DNA from: Candidatus Latescibacterota bacterium
GTDB taxonomy: Bacteria > Latescibacterota > UBA2968 > GCA-2709665
DNA: 64,000 bases
NCBI GenBank assembly: GCA_965222075.1
Contig: OZ244937.1
Coordinates: 2,368,001 to 2,432,000, forward strand
Direction: 5' to 3'
Every line of letters begins with the position of its first letter. Position 1 is the stretch's first letter. The translations under genes and the position numbers were made by a program. A model generated the notes under the pieces. That model was not told the DNA's origin. It worked only from the letters and a program-made list of their open reading frames with translations, and searched no databases. Shown one piece after another: positions 10,253 through 20,365 of this stretch.

Positions 10253-12082
10253 TTATGCCCTCCCCTCGCCGGGACGGTCGGCCTCAACTCGCACCTCTGG
10301 TCCATCTCCCTCCAGCACCACCTCTGTGAATACGGGTTCGGGAAGCGCCTGTCGGACCTCGGCCGGCAGGGCCTCTTGCAGGTGATTCCTGATCTCTTCA
10401 CACGACCGCAGAGAAAGCACCGCCCCGGCCAGGACCTTGGCTTCCTCCATCGTGATGGACCGGATGGCCCGCTTAACCGCCGGTATGGCCATCGGGCTCA
10501 TGCTCAGTCCGTCCACCCCCAGGCCCAGCAGCAGCGCGCTAAACCAGGGATCGCCTGCCATCTCGCCGCACACGGTCACCGGAATCCCCTGCCGGCCCGC
10601 CGCCACCACCACATTGTGAATCAACCGCAGCACCGCCGGATGGAGCGGATCGAAGAGGTAGGCCACCTTTTCGTTCCCCCGATCCACGGCGATCGCATAC
10701 TGAATCAGGTCATTGGTCCCGATGCTGAAAAAATCGACTTCCTCCGCCAGTTGATCAGCCACCACCGCCGCGGCAGGCACTTCAATCATCGCCCCCACCG
10801 GACAGCCCTCGTCAAAAGGAACGCCCTCGGCCCTCAGCTCTTCACGGGCCTCCTCCAGCACCTCGTTGGCCTCGATCAACTCTTCCACGCCCGATATCAT
10901 CGGGTACATGATCCGGATGTTGCCCGTCACGCTCGCCCGGAGAATCGCCCGCAGCTGCACCCGAAAAAACCCCTTGTTGGCCAGCGACAGCCGGATGGCC
11001 CGCCAGCCTAAGAAGGGGTTCATCTCCGGGCTGGTATGCAGGATGTAGGAGAGTTTATCTCCCCCCAGATCCAGCGTGCGGACCACCAGAGGGTGAGGCG
11101 CCATCCGCTGGGCGATCCGGGTGTAGGTCTCTGTCTGCTCACCTTCGGTAGGCAGGCTGGAACTGGCCAGATAGAGATACTCTGTCCGGTAAAGTCCGAT
11201 GCCCTCTGCGCCATAGGCAAGTGCGGACTCCACCTCCTCGGAGATCTCGATATTCCCCTGCAGATTCACCTCAATACCATCCAGCGTCACACTGGGCAGA
11301 TCTTTTAACGACGAGAGGTCCTTCCGGACCTCCTGGAACCGTTTCGCCTCGACCCGATAGCGCTCCAGCGTCTCGGCATCCGGATTAATGTAGACCAGCC
11401 CCCGGCGCCCGTCCACAATGGTCAGGTCCCCCGATTCTGCCGAGGCAATGGCCGATTCGACACCCGCCACGGCCGGAATCTCCAGCCCACGCGCAATAAT
11501 GGCCGCATGCGATGTGGTCCCCCCCACCTCGGTCACAACCCCCAGCACACAATCCCGATGCATATGGGCCGTATCCGACGGAGTGAGATCGTGGGCCACC
11601 ACAATCGCCTCTGTGGTCAGCCGGTCCAGCAGCACGTCCTCCCGCTGGCACAGTTTGGCCAGCACCCGCTTTTCAATGTCTAAGATATCCGCCTTACGCG
11701 CCCGGAAATAGTCGTCCTGAATGGCGTCGAACTGTCGCCTGACCCCCTGGAATGTCCGCCAGAAGGCATATTCGGCGCTGAACCGCTCCTGCTGGATCAA
11801 CTGGGTGGTGGGGTCTTTGAGGGCCATGTCTTCTAAGATCAGCAGGTGCGCGTCAAATATCTGCGCATAGTCCCGGCCCAGCCGCTCCTCCACCTGCGCC
11901 CGAATCACCTTCACATCTTCGGCCACCTCCTCCAGCGTGGCCAGAAACCGCCCGACTTCGGCTTCCACATCCACCTCGGAAATCCTCCGGTCATCAATCC
12001 AGGGATCTTCCGGATCGTGCAGGTATATTGGACCTATCGCAATACCTGGAGATATCTGGATGCCTTTAAGCCGTACCATCAT
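10253..12082 (-). CDS. ptsI: PEP-protein phosphotransferase (PTS enzyme I)
   Basis: GGTTSHAAI phospho-His motif, GIGLYRTE, FSIGTNDL, CGEMAG. Confidence 0.96.
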   Translation of the reverse strand: MMVRLKGIQISPGIAIGPIYLHDPEDPWIDDRRISEVDVEAEVGRFLATLEEVAEDVKVIRAQVEERLGRDYAQIFDAHLLILEDMALKDPTTQLIQQERFSAEYAFWRTFQGVRRQFDAIQDDYFRARKADILDIEKRVLAKLCQREDVLLDRLTTEAIVVAHDLTPSDTAHMHRDCVLGVVTEVGGTTSHAAIIARGLEIPAVAGVESAIASAESGDLTIVDGRRGLVYINPDAETLERYRVEAKRFQEVRKDLSSLKDLPSVTLDGIEVNLQGNIEISEEVESALAYGAEGIGLYRTEYLYLASSSLPTEGEQTETYTRIAQRMAPHPLVVRTLDLGGDKLSYILHTSPEMNPFLGWRAIRLSLANKGFFRVQLRAILRASVTGNIRIMYPMISGVEELIEANEVLEEAREELRAEGVPFDEGCPVGAMIEVPAAAVVADQLAEEVDFFSIGTNDLIQYAIAVDRGNEKVAYLFDPLHPAVLRLIHNVVVAAGRQGIPVTVCGEMAGDPWFSALLLGLGVDGLSMSPMAIPAVKRAIRSITMEEAKVLAGAVLSLRSCEEIRNHLQEALPAEVRQALPEPVFTEVVLEGDGPEVRVEADRPGEGRA

Positions 12083-12137
12083 AAGCGAATACCCAAACCC
12101 TGAGTGTCCACAAAACCCTCACCCCCTGCCCACACCT

Positions 12138-12398
12138 CTAATCGAACTTACGCTCAATCACCTTAACGGTTTCCGCAACCGCCTCGACCTCGTCCTCCCC
12201 TTCTGCCCGCACCAGGATGGTCGAGCCCTCTTCCGCAGCCAGCATCATCACCCCCATAATGCTCTTTCCACTGACCTCCAAACCCTCTTTGACCAGGGTA
12301 ATCTCACAAACATACCTGGACGTCGCCTGCACCAGAAGCGCGGCTGGCCGTGCATGGAGCCCCAATCTGTTTTTGACCGTCGCCTGCCGTTCCTCCAT
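12138..12398 (-). CDS. ptsH: Phosphocarrier protein HPr
   Basis: GLHARPA (His15) and GKSIMGV (Ser46). Confidence 0.96.
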   Translation of the reverse strand: MEERQATVKNRLGLHARPAALLVQATSRYVCEITLVKEGLEVSGKSIMGVMMLAAEEGSTILVRAEGEDEVEAVAETVKVIERKFD

Positions 12399-12465
12399 AA
12401 ACAGATCCTGTATTGCAACCCAAGCGCCTGAAAAAGATACGATCTATATAGAAGGCCACAGGATG

Positions 12466-13350
12466 TCAAGCGCTGCCGACCAAACGCAGCACCTGCGCTT
12501 CCCCGTCGATATGCCCGTTGCCGCCCAAACCACAGCAGGTCAACGCCGCGCTGGCGCTGGCAAACTGGACGCTCCGGGTCAGCGTCCATCCCTGAAGGTA
12601 GCCGGTTATCAATCCTGCGCGGAACGCATCGCCCGCACCGGTCGTATCCCGCACTGGCACCGAAAACGCCGGCTGGTCGAAACTGCTCCCGTTCTCCCGA
12701 TACACCGTGCACCCCTCGCGCCCCCGGGTGATCACAACCGTCTTCACACCGGCCTTGAGCAGGCCAACAGCCACATCGGCGTCGGCCCCCATCCGATGCC
12801 GTCTGATAAATCCGTTGGAATTGATCACCAGATCGCAGAATTCTGCCAGGGGGTGGTCCTCCGAAAGCTCAATGGAAAACACGGAACTCCCCGCTTCCCG
12901 CGCCAGCCGGGCGGCTTCCACCGCATTCTTTCCCAGAAAAGGATCCACCGAAAGCAGGGATACCCCCTCAATATCTTCCGGCCTCAGGGGCCGGCTCACA
13001 AGATTGTAGATAGAGCCCATCATACTCCGTGCCCCATCCAGACTGGAAAGGATCACAACGTGGACCGTTGGCACTCCCCCGTCCACATCCAGATCGCGGG
13101 TATCCACCCGATAAGGGCGGATTTGCCGCAAAAAGAGGTTGCCCCGACGGTCGTCGCCCAGCGTGCTGCCCATCAGCTTTACCGGTACGCCCAGACAGCT
13201 CAGCGTAATGGCAACATTGGCCGCCTCGCCTCCGATATACTCGCCATTAGAAAGCATTCGGGTATGGCCGTCTGGCTCCGGATAGTCGACAACCTGAACG
13301 ATCTGGTCCACACCCAGCACACCGTAGCAGAGCACCTCGCCGGGTTTCAT
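12466..13350 (-). CDS. PfkB/ribokinase family carbohydrate kinase
   Basis: GGEAANVA and DTTGAGDAF signatures. Confidence 0.9.
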   Translation of the reverse strand: MKPGEVLCYGVLGVDQIVQVVDYPEPDGHTRMLSNGEYIGGEAANVAITLSCLGVPVKLMGSTLGDDRRGNLFLRQIRPYRVDTRDLDVDGGVPTVHVVILSSLDGARSMMGSIYNLVSRPLRPEDIEGVSLLSVDPFLGKNAVEAARLAREAGSSVFSIELSEDHPLAEFCDLVINSNGFIRRHRMGADADVAVGLLKAGVKTVVITRGREGCTVYRENGSSFDQPAFSVPVRDTTGAGDAFRAGLITGYLQGWTLTRSVQFASASAALTCCGLGGNGHIDGEAQVLRLVGSA

Positions 13351-13437
13351 AACGTCGCTTCACTCTCTCAAAAAAAATCCGCCAATTGCGTTCTGGCGGA
13401 ACGTCGCTTGAAAACGAGAAACCCTTTCCCAAGTGTG

Positions 13438-14184
13438 TTAATCGGAACGATGGATGGCCTGGGCAAACGCCCGAACCGTCGAAGCGTCCCGCCGGGCCTC
13501 CAGAACACTTCCCACAACGACAAACGAAGCGCCTGCCTCCACTCTCGCTTCAGCATCCTCCGGACGCTGAAGCCCTCCTCCCACAATGATCGGTATCGAA
13601 ATATAGCCCGTAACCGCCTCAAGCATCTCCTCGGGCACCATTTGCTCTGCACCGCTGCCGGCGTCTAAGTAAACACACTGCATCCCCAGATATTCCGCTG
13701 CCAGTGCATGGGCCATGGCAATATCGGGCTTGTCACGGGGCATCGGTTTTGTATTGCTGATGTACTCGACCGTGGTCTGCCTGCCGGAATCGACAAGCAT
13801 ATATCCGGTGGAAATCGGCTCTAAGCCGTAGGCCTTTAAAATCGGTGCGGCCTTCACATGCTGCCCTACCAGCAGTTCCGGATTCCTCCCGCTGATCATC
13901 GACAGGTATAAAATCGCATCCGCAGCCGCCGAAATCTGATTGTTGCCGGCCCCGAAGATAATCACTGGAACACGCACGGCATGCTTGATCTCCCGAACCA
14001 TCCGGTCAAAATCGGTCGAAAGGAGAAAACTGCCTCCAACCAGGATGGCATCCGCACCGTTCTCCTCAAACATGGCCGCCGTTTGAACCAGGTCTTTTTT
14101 TTTCAGGCGATCCGGATCCAGCAAGGGCAGAAAACCTGCCCCCAGCGTTGCCCGGATGTCCATCAAATGGTCAAAAGTAGACAT
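13438..14184 (-). CDS. Geranylgeranylglyceryl phosphate synthase family protein (group II-like)
   Basis: LLDPD, ILVGGS, SMISGRNP, TGYMLVDSG, YLGM...YLDAGSGA, VGGGL. Confidence 0.9.
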   Translation of the reverse strand: MSTFDHLMDIRATLGAGFLPLLDPDRLKKKDLVQTAAMFEENGADAILVGGSFLLSTDFDRMVREIKHAVRVPVIIFGAGNNQISAAADAILYLSMISGRNPELLVGQHVKAAPILKAYGLEPISTGYMLVDSGRQTTVEYISNTKPMPRDKPDIAMAHALAAEYLGMQCVYLDAGSGAEQMVPEEMLEAVTGYISIPIIVGGGLQRPEDAEARVEAGASFVVVGSVLEARRDASTVRAFAQAIHRSD

Positions 14185-14193
14185 GGAGGCGCG

Positions 14194-16806
14194 TCACCCT
14201 CCCAGTTGCGCCCGCACAATCTCGGGAACCAGAGCCAGCGCTTGGTTTATCTTTTCCGGATGTCTGCCTCCGGCCTGTGCCATATGGGGCCTCCCGCCGC
14301 CGCCGCCGCCCACCACCCTGGCCACTTCCTTCACAACCGCACCCGCCTGAACCCCCCGCCGGATCAGGTCGTCGGACACCACCGCAATCAGAGAGGCCTT
14401 GCCGTCCAGGTTCGTTCCCAGTACCCCCACCCCCGATCCCAGGGCCGCTCGGAGCCCGTCGGCCATGTCTCGAAACGACGCCATATCGACAATCTCCACC
14501 TCCGCTGCCACCACCCAGGTGCCGTCCACTTCCAGGGCCCCGTGCACCAGGTCGTCCATGGCTGCTCCGGCCGTTTTCCGGCGCAGGTCCAGCAGCTCCC
14601 GTTCCAGCTCCCGGTTTCGGGAGAGCAGATCGGATACACGCCCGGGCAAGTCCGGCATCTGGGCGTCTAACAGCCCCTCCAGTTCAGCAAGCGTTGTCCG
14701 CTCCCGGCGCAGCACCCGCTCCATCCCTCTACCCGTAAGGGCCTCAATGCGGCGCACACCCGCTGCAACACCCGCCTCGGCAACCAACCGCAGGATACCG
14801 ATCTGACCCGTGGACTGGACGTGCGTCCCCCCGCAGAGTTCCAAGCTGAAATCGCCCACGCGGACCACCCGCACCACATCGCCATATTTTGCCGTAAACA
14901 GCATCGTGGCCCCCATCTCCTTCGCCGCCTCCAGCTCGGCGTAAGAAACCTCCACAGCCAGATCCCTGCGAGTCACATCGTTGACAATCCCCTCGACCTC
15001 CTCCATCTGCCCCGTTTCAACGCCCGTAAAATGGGTAAAATCGAACCGGAGTCGGTCCGGCGCAACCAGCGACCCCGCCTGCTGCACGTGACGCCCCAGC
15101 ACCCGGCGCAGCGCGTCGTGAACCAGGTGCGTCGCCGTATGGTTGCGCGCCGTATCCAGCCGCTGCTCCCCGTTTACCTCCGCCTTGACCCGCGCATCGG
15201 TCAGATCCTCCAGCTCTCCCTGCATCAGACGCCCCCGGTGCACAATCCCCTCCCCAACGCGGAACGTATCCTCCACCTGGAAGACCACATCGTCGTTGGA
15301 AATCCTGCCCCGGTCGCCCACCTGCCCACCCGCCTCTGCGTAGAAGGGCGTTACATCCAGATAGAGGTCCAGTATCCCCTCACCGGCCGTCCGCCAGGCC
15401 ACCACCCCGGCCTGCGCACTCAGGGTCTCATATCCCACGAACTTGGAATGTCGCTTCGGCAGAAACCCCTCCTGAACCACGCCCTGGGACACAGTCCGGG
15501 CAGCCTCTCGGGAACGCGTCTGCTGTACCGCCATCTCCCGCTCGAACCCCGCCACATCCACCTCCAGCCCCTTTTCGGCGGCCATCAACTGAGTCAGGTC
15601 CAGCGGGAACCCGTACGTATCGTAAAGGCGAAACGCGTCCTCACCCAAAATACGGCCTTTCCGGCTGACCTCTTCAAAAATCTCAATGCCCCGGTCCAGC
15701 GTCTTGCCAAACCCCTCCTCTTCCGACTTGACCACCAGCGCAACATGCTGCGCCTGTTGCAAAATTTCGGGAAACACCTTTCCCATCACGTCCGCAACCG
15801 TGGACGTCAGACGGTAGAGAAACGGCTCGTGCATATCCAGCGTGCGTCCAAAGCGCGAGGCCCGCCGGAGGATGCGCCTGAGTACGTACCCGCGCCCTTC
15901 GTTGGAGGGCAGGGTGCCTTCGGCAATCGCAAAAGTCAGCGCCCGGATATGATCCGCGATAACCTGCATGGCCGCCCTGTGTTCGTCGCCGTAGGGTTTC
16001 CGGGTAATCTCTCCGATGGCCTCGATAATCGGTTGAAAAAGGTCCGTATCGTAATTGGATCTCACACCCTGGAGAAGGGAGCAGATCCGCTCGAACCCCA
16101 TGCCGGTATCCACATGCTTGTCGAGCAGCGGCTCAAGGTGGTTGTCTTCCTCCCGGTTGAACTGGATAAAGACCAGGTTCCAGATCTCAATATAGTTCGG
16201 ATCGTCGGAGTTCACACCCTCCGCAGACTGAGCAGAGAGGTCATCTCCCAGATAGTAGTGGATTTCCGAATTGGGTCCGCAGGGGCCCGTCTCACCCATC
16301 TCCCAGAAATTGTCCTCCTTCCCGAACCGAAGCACCCGTTCGGGCGGCAGATCCGTCACCTCCGTCCAGAGCTTTTCCGCCTCCTCATCCAGCTCCAGCC
16401 CCAGAGATGCGTCTCCGCCAAAGACCGTGGCCCAGAGGCGCTCCCTGGGCAGTTTCCACACCTCGGTGAGCAGTTCCCAGGCCCACGCAATCGCCTCGCG
16501 CTGGAAGTAGTCTCCAAAAGACCAGTTCCCCAGCATTTCAAAAAAGGTATGGTGCAGGCAGCTGAACCCCACCTCTTCTAAGTCGTTGTGCTTCCCCGAC
16601 ACCCGGATACACTTCTGCGTATCCACCGCCCGCGTGTACTCCCTGCGCCCCGTCCCTAAGAACACATCCTTGAACTGGTTCATCCCCGCGTTGGTAAACA
16701 GCAGCGTCGGATCGTCCTGGGGCACCACCGGCGCGCTTGGCACCCGGGTATGGCCCTTGCCTTCAAAAAAGCGGAAAAAATCCTCTCGTATCTCAGATGA
16801 AGTCAT
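14194..16806 (-). CDS. alaS: Alanine--tRNA ligase
   Basis: LLFTNAGMNQFK, FFEMLGNWSFGDY, HTATH, ELCGGTH, GGGGG-AQAGG. Confidence 0.98.
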   Translation of the reverse strand: MTSSEIREDFFRFFEGKGHTRVPSAPVVPQDDPTLLFTNAGMNQFKDVFLGTGRREYTRAVDTQKCIRVSGKHNDLEEVGFSCLHHTFFEMLGNWSFGDYFQREAIAWAWELLTEVWKLPRERLWATVFGGDASLGLELDEEAEKLWTEVTDLPPERVLRFGKEDNFWEMGETGPCGPNSEIHYYLGDDLSAQSAEGVNSDDPNYIEIWNLVFIQFNREEDNHLEPLLDKHVDTGMGFERICSLLQGVRSNYDTDLFQPIIEAIGEITRKPYGDEHRAAMQVIADHIRALTFAIAEGTLPSNEGRGYVLRRILRRASRFGRTLDMHEPFLYRLTSTVADVMGKVFPEILQQAQHVALVVKSEEEGFGKTLDRGIEIFEEVSRKGRILGEDAFRLYDTYGFPLDLTQLMAAEKGLEVDVAGFEREMAVQQTRSREAARTVSQGVVQEGFLPKRHSKFVGYETLSAQAGVVAWRTAGEGILDLYLDVTPFYAEAGGQVGDRGRISNDDVVFQVEDTFRVGEGIVHRGRLMQGELEDLTDARVKAEVNGEQRLDTARNHTATHLVHDALRRVLGRHVQQAGSLVAPDRLRFDFTHFTGVETGQMEEVEGIVNDVTRRDLAVEVSYAELEAAKEMGATMLFTAKYGDVVRVVRVGDFSLELCGGTHVQSTGQIGILRLVAEAGVAAGVRRIEALTGRGMERVLRRERTTLAELEGLLDAQMPDLPGRVSDLLSRNRELERELLDLRRKTAGAAMDDLVHGALEVDGTWVVAAEVEIVDMASFRDMADGLRAALGSGVGVLGTNLDGKASLIAVVSDDLIRRGVQAGAVVKEVARVVGGGGGGRPHMAQAGGRHPEKINQALALVPEIVRAQLGG

Positions 16807-16848
16807 AACGGGTCTGTCGCAGGTTTCACAATTGAGAATTTCAAGCCG

Positions 16849-17400
16849 TCATCCTGCCCACGGCGTCTCCTCCTCCTGCGCCTCCTCCAGCTCGGCCCAG
16901 GTCCGTTCGGCCGCCTCGCGTGCGATACGGGCCTCAAACCCCCGCCTGCCCAAAAAGCCGTACATCCGGGAAAGCGCCTTCTGGCGTTCCAGCCCCCGGT
17001 ATCGCTCCTGCCGGGACCTCAGTAAGTCCAGGGCGACCACACCTAAGTCCACGCCCTCCAGCGCCTCGTCCAGGACCTGCTGGACGGTCTCCTCCGCAAC
17101 GCCCCGCACCTTGAGCTCCCGCGCCAGCATCTGTCGGCCCATCGGCCGCAAACGCATCCGTTCCTGCACAAAGCGCCTCGCAAACGCCCAATCGTCGATC
17201 AGCCCGAGTCGTTCCAGCGTCTGCACCGTCTGCTCAATTGCCCGCCGCCTGAACTGCCTTCCCCGCAGCTTGCCGAGGATCTCCTGCCGGGTGTAAGCCC
17301 GCCCGCCCAGCAGACCAAAGGCAACCTTCTTGGCCTTCTCAACCTCCTCGTCTACCTCGAACATCCGGGCCGATTCGGGATGGAGCTTCAATGCTGGCAC
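16849..17400 (-). CDS. recX: Regulatory protein RecX
   Basis: GLIDDWAFA...LKVRGV...FLGRRGF; between recA and alaS; start uncertain. Confidence 0.9.
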   Translation of the reverse strand: MPALKLHPESARMFEVDEEVEKAKKVAFGLLGGRAYTRQEILGKLRGRQFRRRAIEQTVQTLERLGLIDDWAFARRFVQERMRLRPMGRQMLARELKVRGVAEETVQQVLDEALEGVDLGVVALDLLRSRQERYRGLERQKALSRMYGFLGRRGFEARIAREAAERTWAELEEAQEEETPWAG

Positions 17401-17456
17401 CTCTTAAAGGCCAAATGACGGTGGATACTTCCCCCCCTTCCGGGGGTGGGACAGGC

Positions 17457-18506
17457 CTATCCTTCCGCCGCCGCCTGCTGTTCTGAGGGCGTCCCGTTTA
17501 CCGGCAGCGCCACTGCCTGCCGCACCTCCTGCTCGACCCTGGTTGCAATTTCCGGGTTCTCTTTCAGGAAGCGCTTCACATTCTCCCTGCCCTGTCCCAG
17601 ACGGCCGCCGTCGTAGGAGAACCAGGTCCCGCTCTTGTTGATGATCCCGTGCAGTTCGGCCATGTCGATCAGGCTTCCCTCCCGTGAGATCCCCCCGCCG
17701 AACATCAGGTCGAACTCCGCCTCCTTAAACGGCGCAGCCATCTTGTTCTTCACCACCCGGACCTTCACCCGGTTGCCGATCACGTTCTGCCCGTCCTTAA
17801 TAGATCCGATCCGCCGGATGTCCATCCGCACGGACGAATAGAACTTGAGGGCGTTCCCCCCGCTGGTCGTCTCCGGGTTGCCGAACATCACCCCGATCTT
17901 CATCCGGATCTGATTGGTGAAAATCAAGCAGGTCTTCGACCGACTGACGGACCCGGACAGCTTGCGCATCGCCTGGGACATCAGCCGCGCCTGCAGCCCC
18001 ATGTGGGAATCGCCCATCTCACCTTCCAACTCCGCCCTGGGCACCAGCGCCGCTACCGAATCGACCACCACCACGTCGGACGCCCCGCTGCGCACCAGCG
18101 TATCGGTAATCTCAAGCGCCTCCTCTCCGGTATCCGGCTGGGAGATCAACAGGTGCTCCAGATCCACCCCGATCTGTTCGGCCAGCTCCACATTGAGCGC
18201 ATGCTCAGCGTCCACAAACGCCGTCACACCGCCCCGTTTCTGGGCCTCGGCAATCACGTGCAGGGTCAGCGTTGTCTTCCCCGACCCTTCGGGGCCATAA
18301 ACCTCAATGATCCGCCCTTTGGGCACCCCTCCCGTCCCCAGGGCCACGTCCAGCGCCAGAGACCCCGTCGGGATCACCTCCGCCCTTATTCGGTGGTTTT
18401 CCTCCCCTCCCAACCGCATAATAGCCCCCTGACCGAACTGCTTCTCAATCTGAGCAATGGCCAGGTCAATCGCCTTCTCCTTACCGTCTGTCGCTCGCTT
18501 CGCCAT
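17457..18506 (-). CDS. recA: Recombinase A
   Basis: [37 protein letters not shown]. Confidence 0.99.
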   Translation of the reverse strand: MAKRATDGKEKAIDLAIAQIEKQFGQGAIMRLGGEENHRIRAEVIPTGSLALDVALGTGGVPKGRIIEVYGPEGSGKTTLTLHVIAEAQKRGGVTAFVDAEHALNVELAEQIGVDLEHLLISQPDTGEEALEITDTLVRSGASDVVVVDSVAALVPRAELEGEMGDSHMGLQARLMSQAMRKLSGSVSRSKTCLIFTNQIRMKIGVMFGNPETTSGGNALKFYSSVRMDIRRIGSIKDGQNVIGNRVKVRVVKNKMAAPFKEAEFDLMFGGGISREGSLIDMAELHGIINKSGTWFSYDGGRLGQGRENVKRFLKENPEIATRVEQEVRQAVALPVNGTPSEQQAAAEG

Positions 18507-18607
18507 AGCGTCGCCCCTCCTGTCCTCTGTATAGGGGGTTGATGGGATTACGGTGCAGCCCTTGGATCTCTAAAACACCTTCTGCACCGTACGTTAGGTG
18601 ACGACAT

Positions 18608-18636
18608 AATATACTGAACACATGTATATTGGTCAA
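18608..18636 (-). promoter_or_regulatory. recA promoter with candidate SOS operator in the spacer
   Basis: Minus strand TTGACC-17 nt-TATATT; spacer contains GAAC-ACAT-GTAT (18616-18627). Confidence 0.65.
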
Positions 18637-19205
18637 GGGTAATAATGCCCCACATCCAGCGCCCCGCACCCCAGCACCGAATACACCGCCCCCTCAGGCC
18701 GCAGGTCGCTCTTCATCACGTCCACCCGTTCCACCCGGAAGCGAACCGGTTGGATCGGACCCGCCATATCCCCCGACAGCGCCACAGGCCGGCGACGCGC
18801 CCTTCCCAGCGTCAGGTGGGCAGTGAACCGCCGCCGCTCGGGGGGAAACCCGAGGGAGTTCAGGACGCGCTCGACCCCGTCCTGGAGCCGCTTCAGAGCC
18901 TCTAAGTCCCCCTCGATTCCAACCCAGAGCACCCGGGCTCGATCCCGGCTGGGAAACCCTCCGGCCCCTGCGGTCTGAAGCGTAAAAGGCGCGACCTCTC
19001 CGGCAACCTGCTCAACGGCCGCAACAACGTCTGGAATCTGCGCCTCTTCGACATCTCCCAGAAATTTCAGCGTCAGGTGGATGCCTTCCGGGCGCACCCA
19101 GCGCACCCCATCTCCTACCTCCCTCAGACAATCGATTGTAGCAGCCAGAGTCCGGACCACTTCACCCGGGAGTCCCACGGCAACAAATGTCCGCACCAAC
19201 CCCAT
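18633..19205 (-). CDS. thpR: RNA 2',3'-cyclic phosphodiesterase (2H family)
   Basis: Two HLTL motifs, RTFVAV, RVLWVG. Confidence 0.93.
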   Translation of the reverse strand: MGLVRTFVAVGLPGEVVRTLAATIDCLREVGDGVRWVRPEGIHLTLKFLGDVEEAQIPDVVAAVEQVAGEVAPFTLQTAGAGGFPSRDRARVLWVGIEGDLEALKRLQDGVERVLNSLGFPPERRRFTAHLTLGRARRRPVALSGDMAGPIQPVRFRVERVDVMKSDLRPEGAVYSVLGCGALDVGHYYP

Positions 19206-19209
19206 CAGA

Positions 19210-19707
19210 TTACCTGTTCCAGAGCGTCAATGCGCCGCGTAAAATCAGATTGCCGTAAACCCCGGCAATAATGTCGTCCATCATCACACCCCACCCCCCG
19301 GGCAGGGCTTCCAACTGGCGTGCGGGGGGCGGCTTCACAATATCCAGCGCTCTGAAAAGGAAAAATCCGGCAATTCCCAGCCCTATGGACGGAGGCAGCA
19401 GGAACATGGTCACGAAAAAACCGATCATCTCATCGATGACCACAGGCGCAGGATCTTTGCCCCAGACCGATTCACCGGCCGATGCGGCATACACACCCAG
19501 GACAAAAAGGAGCGTGAGGAAGGCGATCCAGGAAAACAGGCTGAGAGGAGGCAGCAGGCAGTAAATCACAAGCGCAACTGCAGTCCCGACCGTGCCGGGC
19601 GCAAAAACAGAATACCCCGCAAAAAAACCGGTAGCGATCAGACGCGTCGGGAAATTCAAAGAGCGCTCCCGTTCGGCATGCTGAGGTTCACAGGAAAGAG
19701 GAGACAA
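19210..19707 (-). CDS. pgpA: Phosphatidylglycerophosphatase A
   Basis: APGTVGT, DPAPVVIDE, FRALDIVKP, GVMMDD. Confidence 0.95.
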   Translation of the reverse strand: MSPLSCEPQHAERERSLNFPTRLIATGFFAGYSVFAPGTVGTAVALVIYCLLPPLSLFSWIAFLTLLFVLGVYAASAGESVWGKDPAPVVIDEMIGFFVTMFLLPPSIGLGIAGFFLFRALDIVKPPPARQLEALPGGWGVMMDDIIAGVYGNLILRGALTLWNR

Positions 19708-19711
19708 ACGT

Positions 19712-20365
19712 TCAGGTCCGGGACCGGTGCAGAACCCTCAGATAGCGCACACCTGAAACCACGGCCAGCAGCGTCACCGCAGCAACCAGCCCGTTCAACA
19801 CCAGATGCGACCAGGAATCGATCAGGACCAGCGGCTGTGACGTCAATTTTGCCTCGATAACCCGCACATTGATAAAGACCAGAATGCCGAAGATAATGAC
19901 CAGCTGCAGCATCGTCTTCCACTTGGCCAAACGGGACGTCACCACCGGCCGCCCCGCACGGATGCCATACACCCTAAGCCCCGTGATCGCCGCATCCCGA
20001 ATCAGCATCGCGCCCACCAGCCAGGCCTCTACCATCCCCAGAACCACAAAAGAGATCAGGGCCGAAGAAACCAGCAGCTTATCCGCCAGGGGGTCCAGAA
20101 ATTCCCCAAGGCTGGTCACCGTCCCGTTGCGTCGGGCAATCCGCCCGTCGTAGAAATCGGTCAGCGACGCCACCGTAAACACCAGCAGCGCCAGGATTTT
20201 GCAGTACCAACTCTCCGCAAAAATCAGGAGCAGAAAGACCGGCGTCAGCACAAGCCGAACCGTGCTTAGAATGTTCGGAAAGGTCACCAACCGATCCATC
20301 GTCCCCCGCTTGGGAAAGGGGAGGTCTCCGGTATTTCCACGAAGGGTATTTGCGCGTTCCATCAC
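19712..20365 (-). CDS. pgsA: CDP-diacylglycerol--glycerol-3-phosphate 3-phosphatidyltransferase
   Basis: PNILS, TDFYDGRIAR...GEFLDPLADK; true start may be the later MDRLV ATG. Confidence 0.93.
   Translation of the reverse strand: MMERANTLRGNTGDLPFPKRGTMDRLVTFPNILSTVRLVLTPVFLLLIFAESWYCKILALLVFTVASLTDFYDGRIARRNGTVTSLGEFLDPLADKLLVSSALISFVVLGMVEAWLVGAMLIRDAAITGLRVYGIRAGRPVVTSRLAKWKTMLQLVIIFGILVFINVRVIEAKLTSQPLVLIDSWSHLVLNGLVAAVTLLAVVSGVRYLRVLHRSRT

Noticed and set aside
14821-16581. 586-aa plus-strand ORF, and similar long ORFs at 8134-9213, 12217-13668, 58473-59528
   Set aside because: Antisense shadows of well-supported genes in GC-rich DNA; no motifs
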